Of a stretch of 64,000 nt of DNA, positions 50,039 through 64,000 are shown piece by piece (position 1 is the first letter of the stretch; each line of letters starts with the position of its first letter). Made by a program: the position numbers and the translations under genes. The DNA lies in the NCBI GenBank assembly GCA_964016885.1, contig OZ024742.1, forward strand, positions 279,496,001 through 279,560,000. Reading direction: 5' to 3'. Source of the stretch: Eledone cirrhosa. Taxonomy: Eukaryota. The notes below the pieces were generated by a model. The model saw only the letters and a list, made by a program, of their open reading frames with translations. It was not told where the DNA came from and ran no database searches.

Positions 50039-50842
50039 GTATATTGGGAGAGAGAAAGAGAGAGGTTTGGTTGCCTCAAAGGTCTTCATCTTTGTAGTCA
50101 GTTGGAAAAACTCAGACTTTACTGTAACGTCGCCCTGAGCATGTATATATATATACATAAAATATGTGTGCCAGTGTGAGTCAGATAGTCGTTATGTGTG
50201 TGCCTTTGTGTTTATGTGTGTGTATGTGTGTGGTGTTATGTATGTACAATGTATCGAACATTTGTCATTGGTCAATAAAGTAGCATCTTCAATATGTACT
50301 GTTTCTCCACGGTTGTTATATATAAACTGTTATCCCATTTACCAAACGGTAGGTTACTTAGTGAAAACTCATAGCAGCAGCTATTCAACCACGAATTAAT
50401 CACTAGACAAAACCTTATCAAATATAATATGAAATTGACGTGTCACACTGAGAACATTTCATAAACCATTCATTTTCATTTGCTGGGACGCAGGCAACCT
50501 ACTTAATACAATTGAACCTGAACATTCCCTAGTTTGTTTATCGAGCCGTAATAATATTTGGACTTTTCTTATAGTAATTACTGAAAAACTTGTGCCTTTG
50601 TAATGCTACTGCGTTATTGTTTTATACATTAGTTTTTAGTCGTGTTTGTTTAGATCTAGGTCATCTTTATATCGTACAAATAAACATTGGCGTTGAAAAC
50701 GCATTTTAGTTCTGGTGATTATATATCTAATTTAGAGAGAGAGTGTATCTATGTTTTCATTACACAATGAGTCATTCCTTTTTCGGGACGATTATTGAAA
50801 TAATGTAGGGGAAAGTTGGAACAGGAGGTGGAGGAGAAGAGG

Positions 50843-50902
<60 letters not shown>

Positions 50903-50940
50903 CAGCAGCAGCAGCAGCAGCAATAGCAGCAGCAGCAACG

Positions 50941-50997
<57 letters not shown>

Positions 50998-51000
50998 GAT
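50843..51000. repeat. (TAG)n/(CAG)n microsatellite
   Basis: Direct inspection. Confidence 0.95.
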
Positions 51001-52049
51001 ATGGTAGTGCAGATATGATAATGAAGATTTTAATGATGATGATCAATCGAATAAAGATTCCGCAATAAAATATGTTTGGAAACTACTGACGTAGAAATCG
51101 TCTGCGTGTATTCTGAGAGGGATGATATACTACAATGGTATACACAAATACCATTCACATATCTAATCAACCACACTAATTTGAAATTTATGAAGGGTTT
51201 CTTATTGTCAAACAAAAATAGGAAATTAACATGACATAATTAGTCCGACTTTTCAAACAAGAATACAAATGGTTTACAAAAATGAAAAATATTTATTGAA
51301 TGTTTCTATAATAAACGTAGTCAGCCGTGGCAAAAATCATGTCTATGTGTACGTGTGTCTGTATAGGTGTCCACCAAAGTGTCATATTTCTATGTGTATG
51401 TATGTCCGCTAATATATGGTAGGAGTAATTATTGTATTTCACTACATGTTTCCACTAGTGTGTCACAAGAATTATGTATCTTGTGTATGTGTTCCCGGCA
51501 ATGTATGACAAAAGTCATGTTTCCATGTGCATGTGAGGACGTATAAGTGATGGACCTTGTGTGACAACGGTAATATTTCTGAATGTATGTCTGTCGACAA
51601 TAGTCCCAGAAAGTGTATGAGTGAAACCCACATTTGACTAGCGGAGAATCCTATGGAAATCAAATAGGATTTAAATTGCTTTAAAGAATTCAGATTTTTT
51701 ACAATTACTTTCTAGGTACGCTTGAATAAATTAGGTTCACCGGGTATTTTTTCTAACTAGTTTCTGATTGGTTACATATAACTTTCGACCAATATAAGTC
51801 TTTGTTCTAGGTATTGTAAGAAATGTTCTTGTAAACCCTAATTTCATGGTTTTACATTATATATGGTGTACTTCCCATAATAATGACGGTAAGATCTGCG
51901 ATACGATTTTGTTGCTATTTTAAGCAATTCCACTGACCTGTTAGACTTACTCGCCGAATAATGAAGCAGAGTGTTCAAAATTAGGGTGCATGGTGTAGCT
52001 ATTTTTTTACAGAAAATTAGATTTACTAAAATAAAGGAGCCGAAAATAC

Positions 52050-52242
52050 AAATAATTGTTTCTACTTTTGGCACAAGGCTAGCAATTACCCAGTGCATTA
52101 CTGGTACTTTATTTTATCGACCCCGTAAGGATGAAAGGCAAAGTTAACCTCGGCGGGATTTGAACTCAGAATGGCAAGGGTCGTAATTCTATGCGTCAAA
52201 GCATAGTGTCCGACCCTCTACCGGTACTGCCAATCCACCGAC
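52050..52242 (-). mobile_element. tRNA-derived SINE, full-length (same family as 9646-10030)
   Basis: Reverse complement GGTGGATTGGCAGTACCGG...GAGTTCAAATCCCGCCGAGGTTAACTTTGCCTTTCATCCTTACGGGGTCGATAAAATAAAGTACCAG. Confidence 0.85.
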
Positions 52243-52764
52243 GAAAATACAAATAATAAACATATTTATAAAAGCAAGATTAGACTGTTTTATCAAGAAA
52301 TTATCAGATAACCAATTAAGATTTTCTTACGGCGAAACATACCCATCAAAACTATACTGAGCAAAAGATATTTGTTATATTGACGACAGAAAGCACAAAG
52401 GCTTTCCATAAAGATGCGTGAAAATGATTATTTACAAATCTACAGCAATGAAAGTAACGAGAACACTAATTCAGTTGTGAGACACGAACCACAAGATATG
52501 ATAATTAAGTACGAAAGGGCTAAACATTAACAAAGAATATACTGACTCTATTTGTTGTATGTTCAAGGTACTACACAAACAGATTAACTGCAGTCGATAA
52601 GGGATGATTAAATGCATATATAAAATATATATGTGGTGTGTGTAATCCTATCTGTAATATAGGTGTGTGTGTATGTTTTTCTTGTATATATATATATATA
52701 TATATACCCCCTGAGAAGTTCGGCTATTTATTTACCAGGCTAAAAATTCTTATTTAGTCCAGAA

Positions 52765-52990
52765 TTAGCCGTCGAAACGGCTTGAGCTCTGCCGTCGGGC
52801 TCATACTTGTTCCTATTAGCCACTCTATTACCCTAAGCATTGAGTACATTGGTGCGTTATGGTCCATCTGGTTCCTTACCAGCAATAGCCGTCTAAACGG
52901 CTTGAGCTCTGCCGTCGGGGTCATACTTTCTCCTATTACCCACTCTGCTACCCTAAGTATTGAGTACTCTGGTGCGTTATGGTCCATCTG
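52765..52990. repeat. Tandem dimer of an about 121-bp dispersed repeat
   Basis: TAGCCGTC.AAACGGCTTGAGCTCTGCCGTCGGG... twice; homologous to 9280-9385. Confidence 0.85.
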
Positions 52991-53133
52991 ATTACTGGTA
53001 CTTTATTTTATCGACCCCGTAGGATGAAAGGCAAAGTCAACCGCGGCGGGATTTGAACTCAGATCGTAAAGGGACGTATCTATGCTAGAAAGCATGGCGT
53101 CCGACCCTCTACCGATACTACTAATCCACCGTC
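52991..53133 (-). mobile_element. SINE, 3'-truncated
   Basis: Same head and core as 52050-52242. Confidence 0.8.
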
Positions 53134-53875
53134 CAATATATATATATACATAATGGTGGTATGTGTGTGTATAGACTAAAATAAATCTATTTCAGTCATA
53201 TCATAAATAGCTCAAACTATATTTAATACGTTTTAAAAGAAAAATATTTTTTTACCTACAAACATGTGCTTATACCACGCAAGTTTATTTGATAAAGAAA
53301 ATTACTAATTAAGTTAATTACCCATTAGTTGATACGTCAACATTATCAGTAAGCCTGCTATTATAACAAACCTAACAGCAAAAGGACTCGCTCATATCAT
53401 AAAATATAAAAACGACGGCTTTTAGCATTGAAGGCCATAAGGTCTGACGTAAAAAGCCAAGGGTTAATAGGAAAGCTAGAAATAGATAAACAAATCTTCT
53501 AATATATACAACTCAACATAGACGAATTTAATTAATTAAAGGGAGAAGCGATAATATACGTATAGACTAAACTAAAACTATTTTGGTGATATTACACCAT
53601 AAATGTTACAGGCTAAAACCTATATTGTATAGTGCTTCGTAGATACAAATTATATTGGAGTAGTAGCGTGAAAATATAATAACGAGTCGTGGCCCGACGG
53701 TTCAGCTCTTGCCAGTTTGACAGTAAATTCCAAACTGGAGACGTATCGTTCTGATGTGAATAAGTTGTTTCATCATGGACCTGGCCTAAAGTCATTGACG
53801 CGTCGAATATGTGGTGAAGTGGTCAAGAAAAGGATATTGGCCTTTTTAAGGCCATTATTATAGGTTTTAGAGGCA

Positions 53876-53993
53876 TTGGATTGGCAGTATCGGTAGGTCA
53901 GATGCTATGGTTTGCATCATGGAGTTATGGCCCTTTACGTTCTGAATTCAAATCCCGCCGCGGTTAACTTTGCCTTTCATCCTTACAGGGTCA
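53876..53993 (+). mobile_element. SINE fragment
   Basis: TGGATTGGCAGTATCGG...TTCAAATCCCGCCGCGGTTAACTTTGCCTTTCATCCTTAC. Confidence 0.78.
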
Positions 53994-54289
53994 TCTCGTT
54001 TTATTAGTGTGTGTGGTAGTACAGTGTGTGGTAGCACGTCCGCACACAGACACCACACTCACAGAGACGCAAACTCTCTCACACACACACACATACACAC
54101 TTACATAAACGCACACAGATATGCACATATATAATTTGTATGCTGCCATAGATATCGTCAGAACCACTGACCTTCCTATTATTATTTTTGGGGGGTTTAT
54201 TAAATGTTCATTAACCGGTTTCTCAATATTCTGATTGTTGATATTATTGTTGCTTTTTCGGGTGTGTTGTTGTTGTCATTATGCTTGTT

Positions 54290-54700
54290 GTATTGTTGTA
54301 TTGCGGTGGATTAACAGTATCGGTAGAGAGTCGGACACCATGCCTTGCAGCATAGAGTTATGATATGAGTTCAAATCCCACCGAGGTTAACTTTGCCTTT
54401 CATCCTTACGGGGTCGATAAAATAAAGTACCAGTAATACACTGGGTAATTGCTGGCCTTGTGCCTATAGTAGAAATCATTATGTTTGTTGTATTATGGTA
54501 TTGCGGTGGATTGGCAGTATCGGCAGAGAGTCGGACACCATGCCTTGCAGCATAGAATTACGGCGCTTTATGATCTGAGTTCAAATCACGCCGAGGTTAA
54601 CTTTGCCTTTCATCCTACGGGGTCGATAAAATAAAGTTCCAGTAATGCACTGGGTAATTGCTGGCCTTGTGCCAAAAGTAGACACAATTATGTTTGTTGT
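54290..54700 (+). mobile_element. Head-to-tail SINE dimer (units about 54290-54490 and 54490-54700)
   Basis: Two full copies, each preceded by TTGTATT.T.GTATTGCGGTGGATT. Confidence 0.85.
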
Positions 54701-54919
54701 ATCTGTTTTGGGGTGTGCCGGAGAGTGTTGTTACGCTAAAATATATTTGTGCTTTTGTTTTACCGGTGAATGTGTGCATTTGCCTGTATATGTTAATCGT
54801 TCTAAAACTAGACTATTTTGCATATAAAGTTATAAGGTTGCGTGTGCATCTGTGTTTGGTTGCATGTAAGTGGGTGGTGTTGTTATTGGTATGTTTTGCA
54901 GTGTTGCTTATGGGTACAT

Positions 54920-55095
54920 TATTGGCAGTATCGGTAGAGCGTTAGACACCATGCTTTAAAGCGTAGAGTTATGGCCCTTTAAGTTCTGAGTAGAAACCCT
55001 ACCGAGGTTAACTTTACTTTTCATCCTTACGGGGTCGATAAAATAAAGTACCAGTAATGCACTGGGTTAATTGCTTCCAAAATTAGAAACAATTA
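54920..55095 (+). mobile_element. SINE copy
   Basis: TTGGCAGTATCGGTAGAG...CTTTCATCCTTACGGGGTCGATAAAATAAAGTACCAG. Confidence 0.8.
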
Positions 55096-56844
55096 TTGTA
55101 AATGGTAAGTCAATCCATGTATAAAAATGTATAAAAATGTGACTGTGCATGTTTCTGTGGATGTGTATGAGTGAGTGTTGATATTTTGTTAAAGATTGCA
55201 GTGTTGTTCATGTGTACAGAATTAGGGTCTGTTGACCAGCACTCGTTTCGAAATGTGTGCGCATATGTGTGTATGGGACATTATACATGCTTCAGTATAT
55301 GTGGGTGTGCCTATGCTTGCGTGTGTGCATGTGTGCACGCGTGTGTGTGTGTGTGCGTGTCTGTGTGTGTATGAGAGAGAGAGAGAATGAGAATGTGTGT
55401 GTAGTACGGACATTTTTTTAATTTCGTTCTTGTGTACTTTTGTCATACTATGATTTCAGTGCGTGCATGTGTGTTCTCTCGTATGTATGGTTGTTGTTTT
55501 TATGCAATGGGTTGTCTGGGTGAGTGTTGTTGTTGTTGAACAGTAGTTAGATTGAAGTCGCTTTACCAGCCTATTTGAGGGTGTGCGTGTATAATGATGG
55601 TGTTGAGATTGGGTTTGATTGGTATGAAAATGTCTGCATGTGTGCGTTCAGAAATGAGCATGTTTCTATATTGCTGTGTAACTGTGTATGTGCATGCGTA
55701 CCTTAGCGGGCGCGAGTGCATGTGCGTGTGCATGTGTTGGGTGTCCAGGGTACTGATTCTGGGTGTGATATTGTGGAATCTCTTGGTGTATTTTATAGTT
55801 TTATGCATAATACACAAGCACACATACGGGGGTGTATGTGCTTGTGTTGGGAAATAGTCTTACCCTCCTGGATCGCATAGAGGCCTAAGTTTGTGTTAGG
55901 TGTTTGTGCGAAGTAGTGAGTTCGCTCTTTTTGTTAAGTAGCTGTACCTTCACCACTCTAAAACTGCAGTATTTCAAAACCGTATACACATAAGCCCAGA
56001 TACCAAAAATAACACACACAGACGTCCAGATACCAAAACGCACACACACGCAAGCACACGCAAGCACGCTCGCGCACAACTAATCCCAGAAAATACAAAA
56101 ATATATATAAACTTGATTCTAGAAACTGACAAGCGCCTCTCCATTTTTTCTGTCCACCCGATTTTCTAAATCATTATTTATGAGCTATTGTTGTGGACAT
56201 TTGCGTGAGGAATCAAACATTTCCTATTTAAATTATACATATATCCACGTGCGTGTGTGTGTGTGTATGTGTGAATGCGATTGTTTGTGTGTGCGTGTTT
56301 ATGTATATATGTTAGTCTAGAAAAACTAGATGATATAACTACTATATGGATCCAGCCAATTCAAGCCTCACTATATACATATGACATTCTCCAGCAGATG
56401 TTTTATATGCAAAATATGTTAATTTATAGCTTATTCAAAATATTCTAACATTGATAATTGTCGCAAATTTTATGAAACAGTACTGTTTGGTATTAGCACA
56501 TGGCCATTGAGATAGTTGTGACAGGTTCATAGACTTAAACAGTCAGAGCGAGACTTATATATGCGTAGTATACATAAATATATCATTTATTCATTCATAT
56601 ACATCTACTAGAAGATTTTATTAAAAATGTACGCATAGCGGTGGACTTAAGCAGGATTGGGAGCATATGAAATTTGAAATTTTTGCGCCCGAACGCAAAT
56701 GTGTATAACAAAAATCGGGCACTATAAATAATAGCTGAATAAATCGGGTAAAGTAGCGGAAAATTGAATGGGGAGCGTGCTTGGAATCGATTACAAATGT
56801 ATATATTTATGTTTTTAGTACTGGCTTCTGCAGTTTCCATCTAT

Positions 56845-56972
56845 GAAATTACACACCAAGTCACTGGTCAAACCGAGGCTATCGTAGTAGACTTGCCCAT
56901 GGTGCATTGCAGTGGAATTAAACCCAGAATCACTCTGATTCATCTGGTTGTGAAGCGCACACCTTAACCATA
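56845..56972 (-). mobile_element. Fragment of a second tRNA-derived SINE family
   Basis: Reverse complement TGGTTAAGG (A-box)...GGGTTTAATTCCACTGC (B-box-like)...CACCATGGGCAAGTC.ACTACGATAGCCTCGG. Confidence 0.6.
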
Positions 56973-57284
56973 GTTTTTACTTTATTTTGCTTCACGTCTA
57001 TTTATATATTTAGCTATGAAAACAGTGTTCTATAATTAGATCCCTCGATTTCTTTTACATTTTTACATTTTGTCTTGTGAGAGATTCATTTCAATTATTG
57101 TGAAATCAATATTACCTCTGACGCTATTTACTATTATAGTATGTTTGTTTAAGTTGTCTTTCTCCCGCTATTTATATATTGTCAATAATCCTCTATCTCT
57201 TTAGTTTACAGAAGAAATATTTGATTTTCTCATGATATTCTTCCATTTTCTTTTTATGTCTCTATTTTGTAATAGCCGTTTATT

Positions 57285-57502
<218 letters not shown>

Positions 57503-58462
57503 TTTGTAGCTTTTCATGATTGTTTTTATCATCCTCATTGTAAATAGATTTACATGAACATTTGTGGGATAAAATAACGAATCTAGCCTTATACGTTGTT
57601 GATGTTTATTTGTTTTTTAAATGTAATTTAGCAATGGATGATGTATGTAAATATTTGGTTAATTTATGAAAGAATGAGGGAAATTTGATAATTTAAAATT
57701 TGAAAATATGTTAGTCACAATGCAGACATTTATAAGTAAATAATTGGTGACTATAAATCATAGATCAATAGGACCAATAAAATACCCATGTAGACAGAAA
57801 AATTGGCCAGAGACGCCTGTCCAAATCGAAACGCGCCTCCAAATGTATTTTACTGGATCTGTTCATCTATTATTATTTACTCATAATTGTCCGTATTATG
57901 GCAAAAATATTTTCAAACATAGCAGGAAATTCTAATTGCTTATTTTTTTAACTTTAAATCAATATTTCAATTCTCTTCGCTTTAGCTAGAGATTAAATTA
58001 ATTTTGTCTGTCATTTTATCTGTACTATTTTTTCTCGTTTGTATTAACTTTCTCATCATTCCTATATTTTCCTATCAATAGAACTATGCATTCCACTCAG
58101 GTGGATCCGTCATTTTAGAGGTATCTAGATGTATCCTGAAGTATCTATTTTAATATAACCTACTTTGTTAAAAGCAGTCATTTATAATTTGAACGAGAAT
58201 TGTATTATGTAGTTTAGTTAGACAAGTTTGAATTAGATGGAGCTAAATTATGATGAAATTTAATCCATTGCTGATCATTCCCTTTTTTTCGGGGACATTC
58301 AAGAGTGAATTCCTTACATTTAACATTTCCTCGCTGCTTCATCGTTCAGGTTATGGTCGTACATTTCTATCGTAGTTTTCAGCATTAAATATGTAATGAT
58401 CTTTCAACATAAATATATGGTGATTATATTATAAATACTCAGAAAGATTTCCAAATACACAT

Positions 58463-58581
<119 letters not shown>

Positions 58582-59515
58582 AAATAACAGGAGGCTGGAC
58601 TGGTGTAAATCCTTGAAAAGTTTATTAAACTATGATCATGTCAATGACCGGGTTCAGTATGAATCCGGTGATATCATCAGGTATTCGAAATATAAAAAAA
58701 GAAATATAAAATCCATGGGGCTGAAAATCAGAGACAAGAGGACGACTGACTATTTAGCAGCTTCTGCCTCAGTCGGTCGCCCTCGTGAGTTGATTATTAA
58801 GTCTACTTATGACCATCTGGTGAGGGGCGTAAGCTTATAATGTACTACTTACCTCTCCGTCAAAGAGAAAATGTCATGCCACAATCAGGCTGACCGTGCG
58901 TGCTAGAAATTGCCGCGAAAAAGTTTTTTTCCAAAGCACTTTCCAAAACATCTTTAACAAAGGCATATATAGTGGGGTCTGTATGGTATAATGTGTGGAC
59001 AGAAATTTCGGTTAGCAACGTCCTCCCGGGAAACGCCTTCTCCATTCTGTCCGCTGGGGCTGTGGGTGGGCCCCATCGCGTACCAATAAAATAGTTAAAT
59101 ACCATTCTTTCATCTGTTTAGAGTTATAGGATGAAATTAGAAAAATAAGAGAAATAAGGTTTAAGGTTTCGGTTGTGAGATTTAGTTAAAGAATTTACAG
59201 AAAGAGTCTTTTATGAAGAAGTTTAAGTGTATTATATATATTCTCGACAAGTTTTCAGGGTAGGATATAGTGTAAAGATTAAACCCTTGTTAAGCAGTCA
59301 ATAATCAGCGACGACTGCAGATCCCGGCCAACCCTTCCTAATCACGTGTCAGCCGTTCCGAGTGATATTTTAAAATAATTAACTCCGTACTTGCACCACC
59401 AACTACACAAATGAAACCGGGTGAGTTGCATTACGTTGAGTACTCTCCATAATATTACATCAATATTGACATTACGGAATGACCAGTTCTATCCAGTGGT
59501 GAAGCAACTAACCTA

Positions 59516-59544
<29 letters not shown>

Positions 59545-59551
<7 letters not shown>

Positions 59552-61867
59552 AATCAAAAAGAACAGAAAGATGCAGTAAAAGAGATTTATTCGGTTCTAA
59601 CGTACGTTTCAATAGACATCAATTTGCCTAGATCTCGCTGCATCTATAATATTATATAGTTAGTAGAGCATTCGACATGCAATGCACACTCGCTTCCATA
59701 TCATCAGAGATTATGTTTACCGTACCAGAATGTTCAGGTTTTTATAGGAATACATGTGAAGTTGAATTAGAGAAGAAGGAGGATGTGACAAAGACGAGAG
59801 AGATAGGGGGGGTTTTCATGGTTGTTGATGTAAAACAGAGGGGAGGATAAAATACGATAATGAAGTCTAGATATGGACTAGTCCAACTGTGTGTGTGCTA
59901 GGGAGATGGTAGACGTTGATAGGTTTATGATCTATGAAAGATGGAGGCAGGGGACATTAGGGCGAGTGACTTGTAAAGTATGTAGGAGGAGAGTTGAATA
60001 GGGGAGATGTGGTCAATCGACGGCATAGCAATAATCCATGGGGACAGATAGAGGAGGTAGAAGGAAGATAGAGGAAAGCAGAAGTCGCAGGATCAAATCA
60101 AGCCAGATTTGTATTTCGAGAACGTAGCCTTGAGTCTGTGATTGCAATATAGAGTCCTTTCCGTTCTGTTGTTGAGAAGAGTATAATTCGATGTTAGTAT
60201 GTAAAATAGCTCCATATTGCATAATCGGCAGTAAGGCTGGCCTGCACGATATGCGGAAGCACTAGAGAGTTTTGTCCTTTTCAAAGTGTATTGCAGGTTA
60301 CCTTCGCGCAACTGCCAAATTGTATTGGCTAAGGTAGTTACGGAACGGTATTTGATGTTCTTCATCGAACTACGGTGTTGGTACCAACGAGATTTAAAAG
60401 TGGTAGAGGTACAGCCGATATAGTGCCATCTCCGGTTATCCGATTCAACGGTGCATTGATACACCATATTGGATTCCATGCATTTGTTATTCAGAGGGCA
60501 ACGATCAGGTAGGTTGCAGTTGCACTTATCAGCTCTTGTAGTATTATTATCTTGTACAGGTTGCGTTAGGTTTATATGTGTGTCTGCTGCAGGAGGGTTT
60601 ACATTCAGTGGTTGAGAGTTTGAGGAAGTGTTAATGTAGTTTGGGATGCTTCGTGTGGATGTGCTGACTAATCGTTTGGAGTTAAGTTTTTTAATAATTA
60701 GATCGAGATTGGGTGCTGTAGAATATGAAAGCTTAATGGACCTTAGATTTAGTATTTTAGCGTATCGATGTGCAGGAGGAAAATGTGTTTTGATTAAATT
60801 GAAGAAAAGTGAAGAAATTTTAGGAGATGTTGAGGCATTGTATATTGGGTTGTACCAAAGGTAGCTACGATTCCGCTTTCTAGCTAGGTTGGGTTGTGTG
60901 CTTCTATTTCGACTATGCCTATGCGGAAAGTGTATGTTGTGTATCGACCTATATTATTGTTTATGCTAGTGCGTTGTGAGCCCTTATTTCTATATTGGTG
61001 TGCTGGATCTATGTACTCTATTTTGTCTTGGTATCTAGCCGCCTTAAGCGCGTTGTTATAGTAGTAAGCGTGCTCACTAAAGACCTGGGGGGGGGGGTAG
61101 ATGACAGGCGTGATATTCTAAGGGAGATGGCCCGAGGGATAGACTGTATAACCGAGGGTGGATGATTAGATTTATGGTCAACATACATAATATTTTCATT
61201 AGATTTATGGAATGGGGGGGGGGGGGATTTCCCCCGTCTCTAGATTAAATGTTACATCCAAGAAATTTGTTTCGGTCAGGTTGTACTCAAAAGTAATGCT
61301 AAATCCAAGACTGTTTAAAAATTCGCTAACTTGCTTAGGTAATCTTTCTATTATCTGATTGTTTAGGTGCTTAGCTAAAAGGAACGCATCGTCGCGGTAG
61401 ATTCACCCTTGTAGATTGCGGAATTTTTTCTCTAGTGCTTGAGCGATGAAGATGCCCACTACGTCTGTAACTTCGGCCGAGTTGTTGGAGCCCATCGTGA
61501 TATCAAAGAAAGATAGTCGATCTTTGCGCACCCAGTAGCTATCATCAAACTTAATTATGGTTTTTCTGGCCTCAAGGATGATGCCTATTTCCGCGTCGGT
61601 TAGTTCAGAATTCTCTCCGGCAAATATTAGGGTCTTATGCAGGGTATCGGGTGATATGGAAGAGTAGTAGTCGTTTATGTCGAATTGGATAAATTTTGAT
61701 TCATCCCTATCCTTGATATTACTAAACCAACATACCGCCTCCTCAGTATTTGCCCAGAGTTTTATGCCAGTTATCCGTTTTAACTGGGGGATTAGTTATA
61801 TATATTTACTTACTCTACCTATATCCGATTTCGATGGGCATATTAGTCTAATCTGGGGCTTTGCTCC
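59545..61867 (-). mobile_element. 5'-truncated, decayed PLE of the same clade as 850-3309, inserted in (TA)n
   Basis: Minus strand gives IRLICPSKSDIG, FIQFDINDYYSSISP, FDITMGSNNSAEVTDVVG, IYRDDAF, CNC..P.RCPL..KC and the GIY-YIG ORF 60093-60479 (VYQC...YIGCT...CRLC..E...LLN...CNH). Stops and frameshifts present. Confidence 0.88.
59596..59710 (-). ncRNA. Hammerhead-like motif with an about 90-nt stem II insertion in the PLE pLTR
   Basis: Reverse complement TCT-CTGATGA-tATGGA...(90 nt)...TCTATt-GAAA-CGTACG-TT-AGA. Confidence 0.5.
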
Positions 61868-62585
<718 letters not shown>

Positions 62586-62613
62586 TTATATAAATACACA
62601 CACATACACACAT

Positions 62614-62660
<47 letters not shown>

Positions 62661-62662
<2 letters not shown>

Positions 62663-62995
62663 GATATTAACAAATGGAAACTATATTTATAAAACCATAT
62701 CTATTTCATTATACATATTTCAAGGACACCAACGGGAGCTTCCAATAGTAATGGTTGCATTATTTAAGGGTATGTCAATATTTATTTATAAAACTGCTCT
62801 ATATTATATTTTATCTGATGAACGCACACCATAATTTAACTTGGTGTCCTTGAAATATGCATAATTAAATAAATATGGTTTTATAAATATAGTTTCCATT
62901 TGTTAATATCGTATTTTTACTCCAATTATTTGTTGAGTGGTTTATATCAGTTATAAAAATGGTTGTTTGTATAACATCAATTTAAATAGAACTTC
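62661..62995 (+). mobile_element. pLTR-like repeat of the 5984-6300 family with inverted partial arm; HHR at 62807-62871
   Basis: 62661-62732 is inverted at 62841-62912. TATTTTAT-CTGATGA-acgcACACCAtaatttaactTGGTGTcctt-GAAA-tatgca-TA-ATTAAATA. Confidence 0.7.
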
Positions 62996-63029
62996 TACAT
63001 ATATATGTATATATATATATATATATATA

Positions 63030-63069
<40 letters not shown>

Positions 63070-64000
63070 TATGTATATGTACATACAAATATGTATACAG
63101 GCGTACAGTAGTATGTATATACATACATACATACATGCGCACACATATATATATATAGAATTCCCAAGAATCAAAGCTATGTTCAAAGCATTTATTCACT
63201 TACAATTGTTTCATCCAAACCTAGGCTTGGTGTCTTCGGAGCATTTTTCAATGTTTGTACACATAATTGACCTCCTTTCCAACGCAAGAGACATACAGAT
63301 ACATATATATGTATTTTTGTAGAGTGGAGTGGCATATATTATACTATACAATTTTTGTACAGCAATTCAAATTCAAAATCAAAATCAAAATTAAAATACA
63401 TTTGGCAGATAACACAGATAATGCAAGAGGATAGTCTGATAGTCAGATTTAGTAGGTAGTGTATGCGTTAGTTACACGTGGCGCATGCAAGTGTGTCTCA
63501 TTTTTATACTATTATTGTGTGGCAGGGTGTTACACGTAATGCAAGTACTTTAAGCGGGTAAGCAAGATAATTATGTTGGTTGTAGTGGTAAGGTATTCTT
63601 TGTATAGAACAACAAAGTATGTGTGCAGAAAAATAAAAATAAAAAGAAGAAGCAAAAGAAAGTAATGGTTTTCGTATCCACCATCATTTTCACATTCAGA
63701 AGACGAAAGATATGTTTCTACATCCATCACATAAGTAAAGATGATTCCGTATTGAATGTTTGATGCATTAAAATAAATTATTTTAGCGTATTGAAGCTCA
63801 GTATTATTTATTCCAAGTTTTTAGAATAGGTTGATTCTGCTGCGAGAATTTACAGCGGTTTATTACCCGGAAGTATGTGTGTAATTAAGGGGAGTTAATG
63901 CGTAAGGGGAGGTAGCTAGTCGAATCTCATAACTAAATTCATTGTTCTAACCTACATTATAAAGCGCCTCAATTGAGTCCCTTATATAGACGGTTATACA

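Noticed and set aside
51811-51888. Possible 78-nt phase-1 host exon (TTCTAG|...G|GTAAGA)
   Set aside because: Peptide unrecognisable and no partner exons; such signals arise by chance.
52765-54700. CRISPR-like or other prokaryotic repeat arrays
   Set aside because: Repeats are SINE or tandem units without unique spacers; eukaryotic context and no cas genes.
61403-61405. In-frame TGA before IYRDD in the second PLE as selenocysteine
   Set aside because: It aligns to Gly (GGLYRDD in the first PLE), a simple GGA>TGA change in a copy with other lesions.

Overview
Animal genomic DNA, most likely an octopus-like cephalopod (inferred from the tRNA-derived SINE families and the extreme microsatellite load). 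No host protein-coding gene can be recognised with confidence; the window is mostly retroelements. (1) Penelope-like elements (PLEs): one intact RT+GIY-YIG ORF (850-3309) joined head-to-head to an apparently identical inverted partial copy, one decayed relative (59.5-62 kb) and smaller fragments. About ten type I hammerhead ribozyme (HHR) motifs are readable by eye, including two non-coding foldback elements with an outward-facing HHR on each strand. (2) A 14-46 kb nest of non-LTR elements mostly separated by (TAA)n: two R4/Dong-like families (restriction-like endonuclease), four Tx1/L1-clade elements and RTE elements. (3) SINEs and microsatellites. The most notable candidate is in the Tx1-like elements. 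A GTAAGT splice donor overlaps the ORF1 stop codon, and a strong acceptor in the 3' UTR opens an in-frame 19-codon exon just before AATAAA. ORF2 would therefore sit inside an intron, and a proximal acceptor would instead give an in-frame ORF1-ORF2 fusion. All alignments and RNA folds were done by eye and need computational confirmation.
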